DNA of 29,046 nucleotides, from positions 1 through 29,046 of the forward strand of contig JAZKFH010000073.1 of the NCBI GenBank assembly GCA_040386535.1. Reading direction: 5' to 3'. Positions within the stretch are counted from its first letter, which is position 1; every line of letters starts with the position of its first letter. The notes beneath the pieces are model-generated. The model was given only the letters and a program-made list of their open reading frames with translations, was not told where the DNA came from and made no database searches. Source of the DNA: Myxococcota bacterium (lineage in GTDB: Bacteria; Myxococcota_A; UBA796; SXON01). A program made the translations under genes and the position numbers. Positions 1-8,876 of this stretch are shown here, one piece after another.

Positions 1-254
1 AAAGTGGAATTTGGACGATCTCTTTCGCGCTAAGTCAACGGCATTGGGGCATGACTCCGGCGCGCGCAGGCACGGACCGCGCATCCATCGACCGGGTCCC
101 GCGCGACGGGCCCGGCGGGCGCGGGCCCGCGAGAGCGGGCGCGCGGTTCCGCGCCCGGCGGCTGCGCCGCCGCCGCGCGAACGGAGGCGCTTCGCGCCGA
201 CCCCGGAGGAGACCGGACCGGCTCCGCCGGTCGCGCCCTGCCGATACTCCACCT

Positions 255-312
255 GGGCTGACTTCTATGCAGCCGTGCCGACTTCGCGCCGCGGGTGCCG
301 ACTTCGCGCCGC
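255..312. repeat. 20-bp-period direct repeat upstream of the WD40 gene
   Basis: GTGCCGACTTCGCGCCGC at 275-292 and 295-312 (exact), plus a degenerate copy GGGCTGACTTC starting at 255. Confidence 0.7.
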
Positions 313-360
313 CCGACCGGGAGTATGATGCTCGAGAACACCTGAAAGGTGGAGAAGACC

Positions 361-1386
361 GTGGGAAAGGCGTGGAGGTTGGCGGGCGTCCTGTCGCTCG
401 GCATGGCGGCGAGCGCCCCGGCGGTGGCGGCGCGGGCGACACGTCATGTGTCGGCGCTGGACGCGAGTGTCGAGGAGCCGCGGGTGGGCCACGACGGCTA
501 TGTCAGCGGCATCGATGCGGGGACGGGGTGGGTCATCACGGCCGGTCAAGACGGTACGTTGCGGGTGTGGTCCCGTCGGGGGCTCGTGCGGGTGATCGCC
601 GGCGACAACGGGCCGATCCGGGCGGTGCGTGTCTCGCCCGACGGGAAGCGGGTGGCCGCGTGTGATGGGACCCATGTTCGCGTGTGGGAGCCCAGGACGG
701 GGGCGCTCGTGTCGGCGTGGGAATGGGGGGCGGATCCGTCGTCGGGGCGGGGCTGCAAGGCGCTGGCTTGGAGCCCGGACGGCGAGCGGATCGCCGTGGC
801 GGCGGCAGCGCTCCGGGTGTTCGACCGTGCCGGCGCCGTCGTCTGGGAGATCGTGCCGCCCGAGTACCGCGGCGTCGCCGACGTGGACTGGAACGGCGCA
901 CGGCTGGCCTACGCGATCACGGACGGGAGCATCGAGCTCGCCGACAGTGACACCGGCGCCATCCTGGGGCGGATCGAGCCGTCAGGGCGCACGGGCTTGC
1001 GTTCGGTCCGGATCTCCCCGGACGGGCGGGAGGTGGCGGCGGCCTACCTCAATGCGGCAGAGGGCCAAGGGGGAGAAGCCGTTGTCTGGGGGCTCGACAC
1101 AGCGGTTCCGAAGCAGGTGTTCCGTCCCGGCAAGGGCAGCGTTCTGGGGGTCTCCTGGGGAAAACACCGGACGGCGCTGACCATCGTTCACGAGCAGGGC
1201 GCCACGGTCATCGACGCTACGACGGGGGCCGTCCTGCGCGGGCTCAACGCGGAGAACGTCACCCGCCTCATGGACGGGGTGGGCGAAGGCCCGCGCGTCT
1301 GGATGACGACCATGTCCGGTACGGTGTTCGCGTGGGGTCGAGGCGGAGAAGTGCCGCTTTGGTTGTGGCGGGGCCAGCGAGGTTGA
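361..1386 (+). CDS. Secreted WD40-repeat beta-propeller protein
   Basis: WD40-type blades (GHDGYVSGI...TAGQDGTLRVW; IRAVRVSPDGKRVA; LAWSPDGERIA; VRISPDGREVA). Signal-peptide-like N-terminus (LAGVLSLGMAASAPAVAA). GTG at 361 has GGAG 6 nt upstream; GTG at 349 is an alternative start. Confidence 0.8.
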   Translation: MGKAWRLAGVLSLGMAASAPAVAARATRHVSALDASVEEPRVGHDGYVSGIDAGTGWVITAGQDGTLRVWSRRGLVRVIAGDNGPIRAVRVSPDGKRVAACDGTHVRVWEPRTGALVSAWEWGADPSSGRGCKALAWSPDGERIAVAAAALRVFDRAGAVVWEIVPPEYRGVADVDWNGARLAYAITDGSIELADSDTGAILGRIEPSGRTGLRSVRISPDGREVAAAYLNAAEGQGGEAVVWGLDTAVPKQVFRPGKGSVLGVSWGKHRTALTIVHEQGATVIDATTGAVLRGLNAENVTRLMDGVGEGPRVWMTTMSGTVFAWGRGGEVPLWLWRGQRG

Positions 1387-1428
1387 CGCCCGGAGATTGT
1401 GCTACCTTGCCCGGGAGGGCGCACACGC

Positions 1429-2730
1429 ATGGAAACGCAGCACCGGAAGGTGTCTTCCTCCCTGGCGGAAGACTCGTTGGAGTGCGCGCAAGAAGTTGAG
1501 AGCGCGTCAGAACGCTCGTCGCGGGATTACGGAAGCAACGAGCGCAACGTGGCCTCCATGCCACGCGCCGATCCCGAAGTGGGTGGCGCTCCGCTGACCG
1601 CGGCCGTGGAGGACATGGGTGACATACGCGGAATGGACGGCGGCTTCTATGCTTCCTCCGGCAAGCTCACCGATGCGCTCGTGCCCGACGTGGGCGATCG
1701 GGGCCGGCTCGTGTTGAACGTGAACATCCCGGTCGATCAGACCGGCACCGTCAAGGTGGGCTTCTCGTTCGAAGCCGGGGTGGAGCGTGGCGCGGACGGC
1801 GTCACCTTGCAGGTGAAAGTTGGTGGAGGGGTAACCGCATCGCAGAAAGCGCAATTGTACTTCGCGACACTCGAAGCGTTCGCTCAGGCCAAGGTGTTTG
1901 GCTACGTCGAGGCGAAGGGGGACAGTGGGACCGAGGCATGGCGCCTTCTGGGGGGAGGGATCTACGGGGCACTCCTGAAGTTCGACGAGGAGATCGCCGA
2001 CGCGCTCTTCAACGGCGACCCCCTCATCGACCTCGCCGTCGACATGGACGAATCCGACTACTACGAGCGCGGCACCGGGTACGAGCTCTCCGCCGGTGTG
2101 AGCGCCTCCGGCGCCGGAATGCCCGGCGGGGGAGTGGGAGCTTCGTTCCAACAGACCGCGGGCGAGCGCGTGAGCGGCTACGGGCAGCACGGCCTCCGGG
2201 CCGAGGGCCGGGAACGCACCGCCGTCGGCATTCAGGGGGAACACAGCCCCTTCGCGCTGGACGGGGAGGTGCAGGCGACCTCCATCGGGGGGCGCCTCGC
2301 GGAGGTCGGCGCCTCGGTCACCGGCGCAGCCAGCGCCAGCGTGGACGAGCTGAACGTGATGCTGGTGGGCGGACGTTGGGTGACCGGCCTCCTGTCCACC
2401 TTGTCCAGCCTGATCACCGGAGGGGCCGGCATCGGCGACGAGAACGCCTCCCGCGCGGTAGGGGCGCTCGCGAAGTACGCAGCGGCAAACGGCGGAGTGG
2501 GCGTCGGTGTGGAGGTGGCGACGAAGAAGGCGCTGGACCAGCTGAAGCTCACGAACGACGTCAAGGTCGGGTTCGCGCTCAAGGCCGAGGTGACCTGGAC
2601 GCCGGAAGGCGGCTACGCGTTGGAGGTCCGCTTGGACCGCACGAGCTCGATCGAGGTCGGAGAGAACTCCCGGGCGCTCGTGCATGGGCTCGTGGAGCAG
2701 ATGCAGCAGGTGTTCAAGCTGAACCTATGA
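1429..2730 (+). CDS. Hypothetical beta-rich, Gly-rich protein (possible secreted effector)
   Basis: 433-aa ORF with ATG at 1429 preceded by GGGAGG. Low-complexity acidic/Ser N-terminus, then alternating beta-strand patterns and a hydrophobic Gly-rich segment. Stop overlaps the next start (ATGA). Confidence 0.7.
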   Translation: METQHRKVSSSLAEDSLECAQEVESASERSSRDYGSNERNVASMPRADPEVGGAPLTAAVEDMGDIRGMDGGFYASSGKLTDALVPDVGDRGRLVLNVNIPVDQTGTVKVGFSFEAGVERGADGVTLQVKVGGGVTASQKAQLYFATLEAFAQAKVFGYVEAKGDSGTEAWRLLGGGIYGALLKFDEEIADALFNGDPLIDLAVDMDESDYYERGTGYELSAGVSASGAGMPGGGVGASFQQTAGERVSGYGQHGLRAEGRERTAVGIQGEHSPFALDGEVQATSIGGRLAEVGASVTGAASASVDELNVMLVGGRWVTGLLSTLSSLITGGAGIGDENASRAVGALAKYAAANGGVGVGVEVATKKALDQLKLTNDVKVGFALKAEVTWTPEGGYALEVRLDRTSSIEVGENSRALVHGLVEQMQQVFKLNL

Positions 2731-3281
2731 GGCGGAACGTGGTCGAGCGCGTGGAGTTGGGGGACCACATGGTGCTCCATGATCGGGAGGGTGCCGGCGT
2801 GCCCGTGCTCCGCTGCCGGTTGGAGCTGTACCAGGCCGGGGACCAGCTCGCGGAGGTGCGCCTCGCGTTTGCCGTGAACGCGGACGTGTGGCGCCGCATC
2901 GACGCGGATGCCCTGTTCCACCTGACCCCGGAGGCTCGTGGCCCGGTGTTCGCCGGGGGGTTCCAGCCTGGCGACGTCGAGCTCGACGTACGCCTCGCGA
3001 GGGCGTCGCTCCCGCTGGTCGCGCTCCGCGCCGAGACCGCGGCCGACGCGGCCCGGCTGTTCGCGGGCTCGCGGCCGACCGACGAGCTCGCGCGGACCGA
3101 GAGCTGGTACGCCCTCCACGTCAAGCAGCCCCTCGGCCGACTGAAGACAGGGTTCCGGACCGTCTGGGCGGACACGTTCCCGACGACCGCCACCCCCCGC
3201 CCCAGCCCCTCGGAGGGCGCCGGCCCTGCCGGCGGTCCCGCCACGCCGCCCCGTGGGCGGCGTGGCGGACCAAGCGCGTAA
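2727..3281 (+). CDS. Hypothetical protein resembling the N-terminal domain of YbjN-domain (T3SS-chaperone-like) proteins
   Basis: ATG at 2727 overlaps the upstream TGA. Motifs IDADALFHLTPEARGP and TESWYALHVKQ...GFRTVW match my recollection of cyanobacterial YbjN-associated N-domains (not verified by search). Confidence 0.6.
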   Translation: MRRNVVERVELGDHMVLHDREGAGVPVLRCRLELYQAGDQLAEVRLAFAVNADVWRRIDADALFHLTPEARGPVFAGGFQPGDVELDVRLARASLPLVALRAETAADAARLFAGSRPTDELARTESWYALHVKQPLGRLKTGFRTVWADTFPTTATPRPSPSEGAGPAGGPATPPRGRRGGPSA

Positions 3282-3341
3282 GCGCGCGCCCGGAGCGGGG
3301 CGGCGGCGGCGTCCGCGCCGACGCGGGGCCCGACCAGCGCC

Positions 3342-4241
3342 CTACTCTTCCTCGCCCGCCACCGACGCGTCTTCCTGCTCGCGCCCACCCTCGCCACCCT
3401 GGCGGCGACGCGCGGACCAACGCCCGCCCGCGTCGTCCGCGGGGGGGACGGGGAACTCGCCGTCCTGCTCGGGATCCCAGTCCATCCGCAGCTCGTAGAG
3501 CGCGCGGTCCCAGCGGGCCAGCATGGGGGGGATGGCGAAGGGCACCGGGAAGGCCTCGGCGGCGCGCGCGGTGAGATCGAGCAGGCCGTCGGACTCGAGG
3601 GGCTCGCGGCTGTAGATGGCGAGCGCGGGGGCGTGCTTGTCGAGGTGCAGGAGCACCAGCGCCTTGGCGTGCTCGAGCACCATCGGGATGGCGGAGGCGG
3701 CGTAGCGGCGCGCGGGCCGATCGTCGGGATCGCCGTAGCCCACGAGGTAGAAGAGGGCCTCGACCAGGGCGGGCTTGACGGGGGTGTGGAGGATCACGAA
3801 GCCGTCGGCGCGGGGGGCGGCGATGCCGTCCTTCTCGCCTTCGATCCAGGTGTCGACATCCTCGGGGTTGCGCACCGGCGCCACCCAGCGCACGGCGGGC
3901 TCGAAACGCAGGCCGCCGGCGAGGGGGCGCACGTAGTCCTCCTCGACCACCAGCTCGGGCGGGAGCGCGCGGGGATCGCCCGCCTCGCAGAAGCCGAAGA
4001 TGCGCGTGCCGGGGAAGAGCGCCCGGAGGAGCGGGCCGGCGCCCACGCCGCTGTAGCGGAAGCCGCGCTTCGCATCGCGCGCGCTGTCGTCACTGAAGAT
4101 GGCCCCGCTCACGACGGTGCGGGCAACCTTCGCGGAGGTCGTGTCGGGGAGGCCCTCGATCCAGCGCTCGCGACCGCGGCAGAGCCGCCCGTGGGCGTGG
4201 GTGTCGAAGGTGTCGTTGCAGAAGCCGAAGGCCCGAATCAT
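3342..4241 (-). CDS. Hypothetical protein
   Basis: 299-aa ORF with natural composition and strong GC3 bias, divergent from metG. No recognisable motif. Confidence 0.75.
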   Translation of the reverse strand: MIRAFGFCNDTFDTHAHGRLCRGRERWIEGLPDTTSAKVARTVVSGAIFSDDSARDAKRGFRYSGVGAGPLLRALFPGTRIFGFCEAGDPRALPPELVVEEDYVRPLAGGLRFEPAVRWVAPVRNPEDVDTWIEGEKDGIAAPRADGFVILHTPVKPALVEALFYLVGYGDPDDRPARRYAASAIPMVLEHAKALVLLHLDKHAPALAIYSREPLESDGLLDLTARAAEAFPVPFAIPPMLARWDRALYELRMDWDPEQDGEFPVPPADDAGGRWSARRRQGGEGGREQEDASVAGEEE

Positions 4242-4404
4242 GCGCGCCGCTATCGCCCGGGGGGGGGAGGGTCAAGCAAGTAGTTGCTGGATCCGCGATG
4301 GGGCGGAAAGCGACCATCATCCTACGCTATGGCGGCGTAGCGCCCCTCCGTCGGCATGGTCGGGCCTCGCGATGAGGGATAGAAAGGCGGGCTCCGGAGG
4401 CCAG

Positions 4405-6417
4405 GTGGCCCGCTTCTACGTCACGACCCCGATCTACTACGTCAACGACGTGCCCCACGTCGGGCACGCCTACACCACCGTCGCGGCCGACACCGTGGCC
4501 CGGTGGCGCCGCCTGCGCGGGGACGACGTGATGTTCCTCACGGGCACCGACGAGCACGGGCAGAAGGTGCTGCGCGCGGCGGAGAAGCGCGGTGTGACTC
4601 CGCAGGGACACGCGGACGAGCTGCACGTGCGCTTCAAGGCGCTCTGGGAGCGGCTCGCCATCAGCAACGACGCGTTCATCCGCACCACCGACGCCGATCA
4701 CCAGGCGTTCGTGCAGGCGCAGCTGCAGAAGCTCCACGACAACGGGGAGCTGTACGCGGCCGACTACTCGGGCTGGTACAGCACCAGCGCGGAGCGGTTC
4801 TGGGCGGAAGAGGAGCTGGTGGAGGGCAAGTGCCCGGACACCGGGCAGCCGGTGGAGTGGATCACCGAGAAGAACTGGTTCTTCAAGATGAGCGCCTACC
4901 AGGATCGGCTGCTGGCGCACATCGCGGCGTATCCGGACTGCATCCAGCCCGAGCTGCGGCGCAACGAGGTGCTCGGGTACCTCAAGAAGCCGCTGGCCGA
5001 CCTGTGCATCTCGCGGCCGAAGGCGCGCCTCTCGTGGGGCATCCCGCTGCCGTTCGATCCCGAGTACGTCACCTACGTGTGGTTCGACGCGCTCACGAAC
5101 TACCTCTCGGCGCTCCAGGGCGGCAAGGAAGCGTTCTGGCCGGCCGACTACCACGTGATCGGGAAGGACATCCTCACCTTCCACACGGTCTACTGGTTCA
5201 GCATGTTGTTCGCGATGGGGTACGCCCCGCCGAAGCACGTGTACGCCCACGGCTGGTGGACGGTCGAGGGCACGAAGATGAGCAAGTCGCTCGGAAACGT
5301 GGTCGATCCGCACCTGCTGGTCGACTCGTACGGGGCCGACGCCGTGCGGTACTTCCTGCTGCGCGAGATCCCCTTCGGAGGAGACGGCGACTTCTCGCAC
5401 CAGGCGTTCCTGGTCCGCTACAACGCGGAGCTGGCAAACGACCTCGGCAACCTCGGGCACCGCGTGCTGGCGACGATGTTGCCGCGCTGGGTCGGCGGCG
5501 TGGTGCCGGAGGCGGGGCCCGCCACGGACAACGACCGCGCGCTCGCCGCGACGGCCCTCCGCGCAACGCAGGCGTTCGACACGAACGTGACGACGCTCCA
5601 GTTCCGCCAGGCGCTCGAAGCGTTGTGGGAGCTGGTCCGCGCCGGCAACAAGTACGTCGACACCGAGGAGCCCTGGGCGCTCAACAAGCGGGGCGACACC
5701 GCGCGGCTCGGCGCCGTGCTCCGCAACGTGCTCGAGGTCTGGCGCATCGTGGGGAGCCACCTCGCGTGCCTGATGCCGGGCAAGAGCGCGGAGATGCTCG
5801 CGAAGGTGGGGCTGTCCGCGCCCGATCTGGACCCGACGCTCGACCGCCTCGTGCCGGGCACGCCCGTGTCCGCCGGCGATCCGCTGTTCCCCCGCCTCGA
5901 CGCCATCCCGGCCGCCATCGCCGAGCTCATGGCCGCCGCGAAGCTCGCGGAGCCGCCGCCCGAGCCGAAGGCCAAGAAAGCTCCGAAGACCCCCAAGCCC
6001 TCCTCTCCCGCCCCGGATCTCCCGATGTCCACCGACGCCCCCGACGCCACGCCCACCGCCCCCGCGACCCCCGCCGCCCCCGTGGCCCCCGCGCTCATCG
6101 AGTACGACGACTTCGGCAAGGTGCAGCTCCGCACCGGCCGCATCGTGTCCGCCGAGCGCCACCCGAACGCCGACAAGTTGCTCGTGCTGAAGGTCGACGT
6201 GGGCGAGCCCGAGCCGCGCCAGATCGTGGCCGGCATCGCCGCCGCGCACACCCCCGAGTCGCTCGTCGGCAAGGACATCGTGGTCGTCGTGAACATGAAG
6301 CCGGCGAAGCTGCGCGGCCTGGTGAGCCAGGGCATGCTCCTTGCGGCCGGCGGTGGCGACGTTGCCGCGCTCTTGACCGCGGGCGCCGACATCGCGCCCG
6401 GCACCATCGTCAAGTAG
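4405..6417 (+). CDS. metG: Methionine--tRNA ligase with C-terminal tRNA-binding (Trbp111/CsaA-like OB) domain
   Basis: FYVTTPIYYVND.PHVGH (HIGH motif), GTDEHGQK, YVWFDAL, GKDI, KMSKS, and C-terminal HPNADKLL...RQIVAGI...SQGMLLAA. GTG at 4405 with GGAGG RBS at 4396-4400. Confidence 0.97.
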   Translation: MARFYVTTPIYYVNDVPHVGHAYTTVAADTVARWRRLRGDDVMFLTGTDEHGQKVLRAAEKRGVTPQGHADELHVRFKALWERLAISNDAFIRTTDADHQAFVQAQLQKLHDNGELYAADYSGWYSTSAERFWAEEELVEGKCPDTGQPVEWITEKNWFFKMSAYQDRLLAHIAAYPDCIQPELRRNEVLGYLKKPLADLCISRPKARLSWGIPLPFDPEYVTYVWFDALTNYLSALQGGKEAFWPADYHVIGKDILTFHTVYWFSMLFAMGYAPPKHVYAHGWWTVEGTKMSKSLGNVVDPHLLVDSYGADAVRYFLLREIPFGGDGDFSHQAFLVRYNAELANDLGNLGHRVLATMLPRWVGGVVPEAGPATDNDRALAATALRATQAFDTNVTTLQFRQALEALWELVRAGNKYVDTEEPWALNKRGDTARLGAVLRNVLEVWRIVGSHLACLMPGKSAEMLAKVGLSAPDLDPTLDRLVPGTPVSAGDPLFPRLDAIPAAIAELMAAAKLAEPPPEPKAKKAPKTPKPSSPAPDLPMSTDAPDATPTAPATPAAPVAPALIEYDDFGKVQLRTGRIVSAERHPNADKLLVLKVDVGEPEPRQIVAGIAAAHTPESLVGKDIVVVVNMKPAKLRGLVSQGMLLAAGGGDVAALLTAGADIAPGTIVK

Positions 6418-6440
6418 GGCCGACCGCGGAGATCGGCTGA

Positions 6441-6471
6441 AAGCGCCGGATCCGCGAAAGCGGCGCTTCTT
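6441..6471 (+). terminator. Possible hairpin terminator after metG
   Basis: AAGCGCCG (6441-6448) pairs with CGGCGCTT (6461-6468), followed by CTT. An alternative CCGC-GAAA-GCGG hairpin lies inside. The U-tract is weak. Confidence 0.35.
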
Positions 6472-6547
6472 CGATCGAATGTCCAGAAAGTGTGTCACAC
6501 GTTGTCAGACTCCGGCGTATCATTCGCGGTACCTGGAGCTGCCCGGC

Positions 6548-8152
6548 ATGCGTTCCCACATCTTCCTCTCGATCCTCCTCGCCGCGTGCAGCGACTACGA
6601 CATCGCGGGTGGCGACAAGCTCGTCCCCGGTGCCGACGATGGCACCGCACCCGACATCCTGGTGGACCCGGCCTTGATCGCCTTCGGCCAGGTGGAGGTG
6701 GGCACCGGGCTGTCCATCACCGAGAACGTGACCGTCACCAACCTCGGGGACGCGGCGCTCGAGATCTACGGCATGCGCCTGGATTCCGATTACGGCGCGG
6801 TCTACACCGTCTCCGCCATCAGCTCGGTGCTCGTGGCCCCGGGCGCCACGTCGTTCTTCACGGTCACGTACGAGCCGCTCACGGCGATCGAATACGGGGC
6901 GCGCGTCCTCATCGACAGCAACGATCCGGACGAGCCGCAGGCGAGCGTCGAGCTGACCGCCGAGGGCGTTGCCCCGATGATCCTGTTGACCCCGGACGAC
7001 TACTCCTACGGGACGCTCGACATCGGGTGTGGTGCCCTCCAGCCGGTCACGATCAAGAACGCGGGCAACGCCAACCTCATCATCACCGAGCTCGCCTACG
7101 CCGCGGCCTCGGTCGACGAGCTCCAGTTCGACGCGAACCTCGCCGTGAACGGCGCGCTGCCGTGGGAGCTCCTGCCCGACGAGGAGGTGCAGGTGCTCGT
7201 CGAGTACACGCCGCTCGACGACTACCCGGACGAGGCCTACCTCTCCGTCACCTCGAACGATCCGGCCCAGCCGGATGCCCAGGCGTGGCAGGACGGCGGC
7301 GGCCGGCTCATCGGGGAGAACCGCGACGTGTTCGAGCAGCCCATCCGCGGCGCGTCCGACATCCTGTTCGTCATCGACAACTCCAGCTCGATGGGGAACG
7401 AGCAGGCCAGCCTCGCCGCCAACTTCGAGTTCTTCGCCGCCGGGCTCGTGGCGCTCGAGGTGGACTACCAGCTCGCCGTCATCACCGTGGACGATCCGGA
7501 GTTCCAGGGCACGGCACGCGGGGTGCCCATCATCACGGAGGACACGGACGACGTGGTGGCCGAGTTCATCGCCCAGACCAACGTCGGCCTCATCTCGGGC
7601 GTGACCGAGTCGCCCTCCGAGATGGCCTACCAGTCCACCTCGTCCGGTGGGGACGCCGGGCCGGGCAGTGACTTCCTTCGCGACGACGCGCGGTTGGCGG
7701 TCATCGTCGTCTCGGACGAGCCGGACTACAGCCCAGAGGAGTGGGCGTTCTACCTCGCGCACTTCCAGGGCCTCAAGGCCGACGTGGACGACGTGGTGGT
7801 GCACGCCATCTCGGGCGACTGGCCGTCCGGCTGCGGCGACGCGTCGGCGACCGACAAGGTCTACCAGATGACCGTGGAGACCGGCGGCCTGTACCTCTCG
7901 GTGTGCGCCGCCGACTGGGCGAGCCACCTCGAGGCCCTCGTCGAGGCCTCCTCCGCCGACCTGACCTCCTTCGAGCTGACGGAGGAGCCCGTCCCCGAGA
8001 CCATCGTGGTCCGGGTGGACGGCATCACCACCACCGTCGGCTGGACGTACGACGCGGTGGGCCGGTCGGTCGACTTCGACGAGTCCCACATCCCCGACGG
8101 TGGCTCCACCATCGAGGTGGAGTACGCGCTCCAGGGCGACTGCGAGGGCTGA
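6548..8152 (+). CDS. Lipoprotein with two Ig-like (choice-of-anchor D/ASH-like) domains and a vWA domain
   Basis: Lipobox MRSHIFLSILLAAC. Two Ig-like repeats (FGQV...VTVTNLGDAALEI...IDSNDPDEP; YGTL...VTIKNAGNANLII...VTSNDPAQP). MIDAS motif DILFVIDNSSSM and later VIVVSDEPD. Confidence 0.85.
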   Translation: MRSHIFLSILLAACSDYDIAGGDKLVPGADDGTAPDILVDPALIAFGQVEVGTGLSITENVTVTNLGDAALEIYGMRLDSDYGAVYTVSAISSVLVAPGATSFFTVTYEPLTAIEYGARVLIDSNDPDEPQASVELTAEGVAPMILLTPDDYSYGTLDIGCGALQPVTIKNAGNANLIITELAYAAASVDELQFDANLAVNGALPWELLPDEEVQVLVEYTPLDDYPDEAYLSVTSNDPAQPDAQAWQDGGGRLIGENRDVFEQPIRGASDILFVIDNSSSMGNEQASLAANFEFFAAGLVALEVDYQLAVITVDDPEFQGTARGVPIITEDTDDVVAEFIAQTNVGLISGVTESPSEMAYQSTSSGGDAGPGSDFLRDDARLAVIVVSDEPDYSPEEWAFYLAHFQGLKADVDDVVVHAISGDWPSGCGDASATDKVYQMTVETGGLYLSVCAADWASHLEALVEASSADLTSFELTEEPVPETIVVRVDGITTTVGWTYDAVGRSVDFDESHIPDGGSTIEVEYALQGDCEG

Positions 8153-8157
8153 TCGCC

Positions 8158-8197
8158 CTACCGCTTCGGCACCACTCGCCTACCGCTTCGGTACGAC
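8158..8197. repeat. Duplicated 3' end of the oxygenase gene (18-bp imperfect direct repeat, period 22)
   Basis: CTACCGCTTCGGCACCAC (8158-8175) versus CTACCGCTTCGGTACGAC (8180-8197). Both read VVPKR-stop on the minus strand. Confidence 0.75.
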
Positions 8198-8791
8198 ATT
8201 GAAGTTGTAGGCGATGGACACCCGGATGTCGTCCGTGTCGTGCGGATGCACGAAGTGCTGGAGCGAGCCGGGGAACAGGAGCATGAGGCCGTCCTTGGGC
8301 CCGTAGACGAAGTTCCCGCCCTGCCCGATCACGCTTTGCCAGGGCGTCGGGTTGAGGAACTCGATCATGCCGCCCGGATCGCCCGCGCGCGTGCCGAGCG
8401 TCCCGACCGACACGTAGTAGACGCCCGACCACTGGCACGGAAAGTGGTGGTGGGGCGCGTTCCAGCCGCCCCGCTCGAGGACGTTCGCCCAGCAGCCGCC
8501 GAGCTGCAGCTCGGTGGACGCCCAGTTGTCGTGGTGCTTCGCCAGTGCGAGCCGCCCGAACTTCGTGACCTTCTGGAGGAGCCACGCGAGGTGCTCGTTG
8601 GGAGTGGCGGCCAGCTCGGGCCCCGAGTGCCAGGCGTTGCGGTTGCTCCGCACGAGGCCGGGGTTGGCGCGCCGCAGGTCGAGGATGTGCGCCACCAACG
8701 GATCCCGGTGGGCCTCGAAGCCGGAGATCAGCGACGAGAACAGGGGGAACGAGAAGAGCGGCGTGGGGGCCAGGGGGTCGGCGGGGGTCAC
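8180..8791 (-). CDS. Putative 2OG-Fe(II) oxygenase (TIGR02466-like)
   Basis: RSNRNAWHS, WANV...NAPHHH...WSGVYYV, LLFPGSLQHFVHP...RVSIAYN. GTG at 8791 with GGAG RBS. Confidence 0.85.
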   Translation of the reverse strand: MTPADPLAPTPLFSFPLFSSLISGFEAHRDPLVAHILDLRRANPGLVRSNRNAWHSGPELAATPNEHLAWLLQKVTKFGRLALAKHHDNWASTELQLGGCWANVLERGGWNAPHHHFPCQWSGVYYVSVGTLGTRAGDPGGMIEFLNPTPWQSVIGQGGNFVYGPKDGLMLLFPGSLQHFVHPHDTDDIRVSIAYNFNVVPKR

Positions 8792-8876
8792 GTGCAGGCT
8801 CCGACGGGGCGCGAGTCTACGCGGGCGGCGGGCGGGTAGCAAACCGGCCCCCGCCCGCTCCGCGGCACCCGACGCT

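Noticed and set aside
1..40. Possible leftward promoter (TTGACT on the minus strand at 33-38)
   Set aside because: No convincing -10 at proper spacing, and the target gene would lie outside the window.
325..345. Mini-ORF MMLENT-stop in frame with the WD40 gene (readthrough or leader peptide)
   Set aside because: A downstream GTG with its own RBS and signal peptide explains the gene, and no SECIS-like or attenuator structure is evident.
1383..1408. Sigma70-like promoter TTGACG...TACCTT before the 1429 gene
   Set aside because: The spacer is only 14 bp. An extended -10 (TGcTACCTT) is possible but unsupported.
4327..6498. Long antisense and alternate-frame ORFs (e.g. 723 aa opposite metG; also 20138-23812, 16673-18520, 11093-12649)
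   Set aside because: These are shadow ORFs expected from extreme GC3 bias. They are Arg/Gly/Val-rich, lack motifs and overlap well-supported genes.
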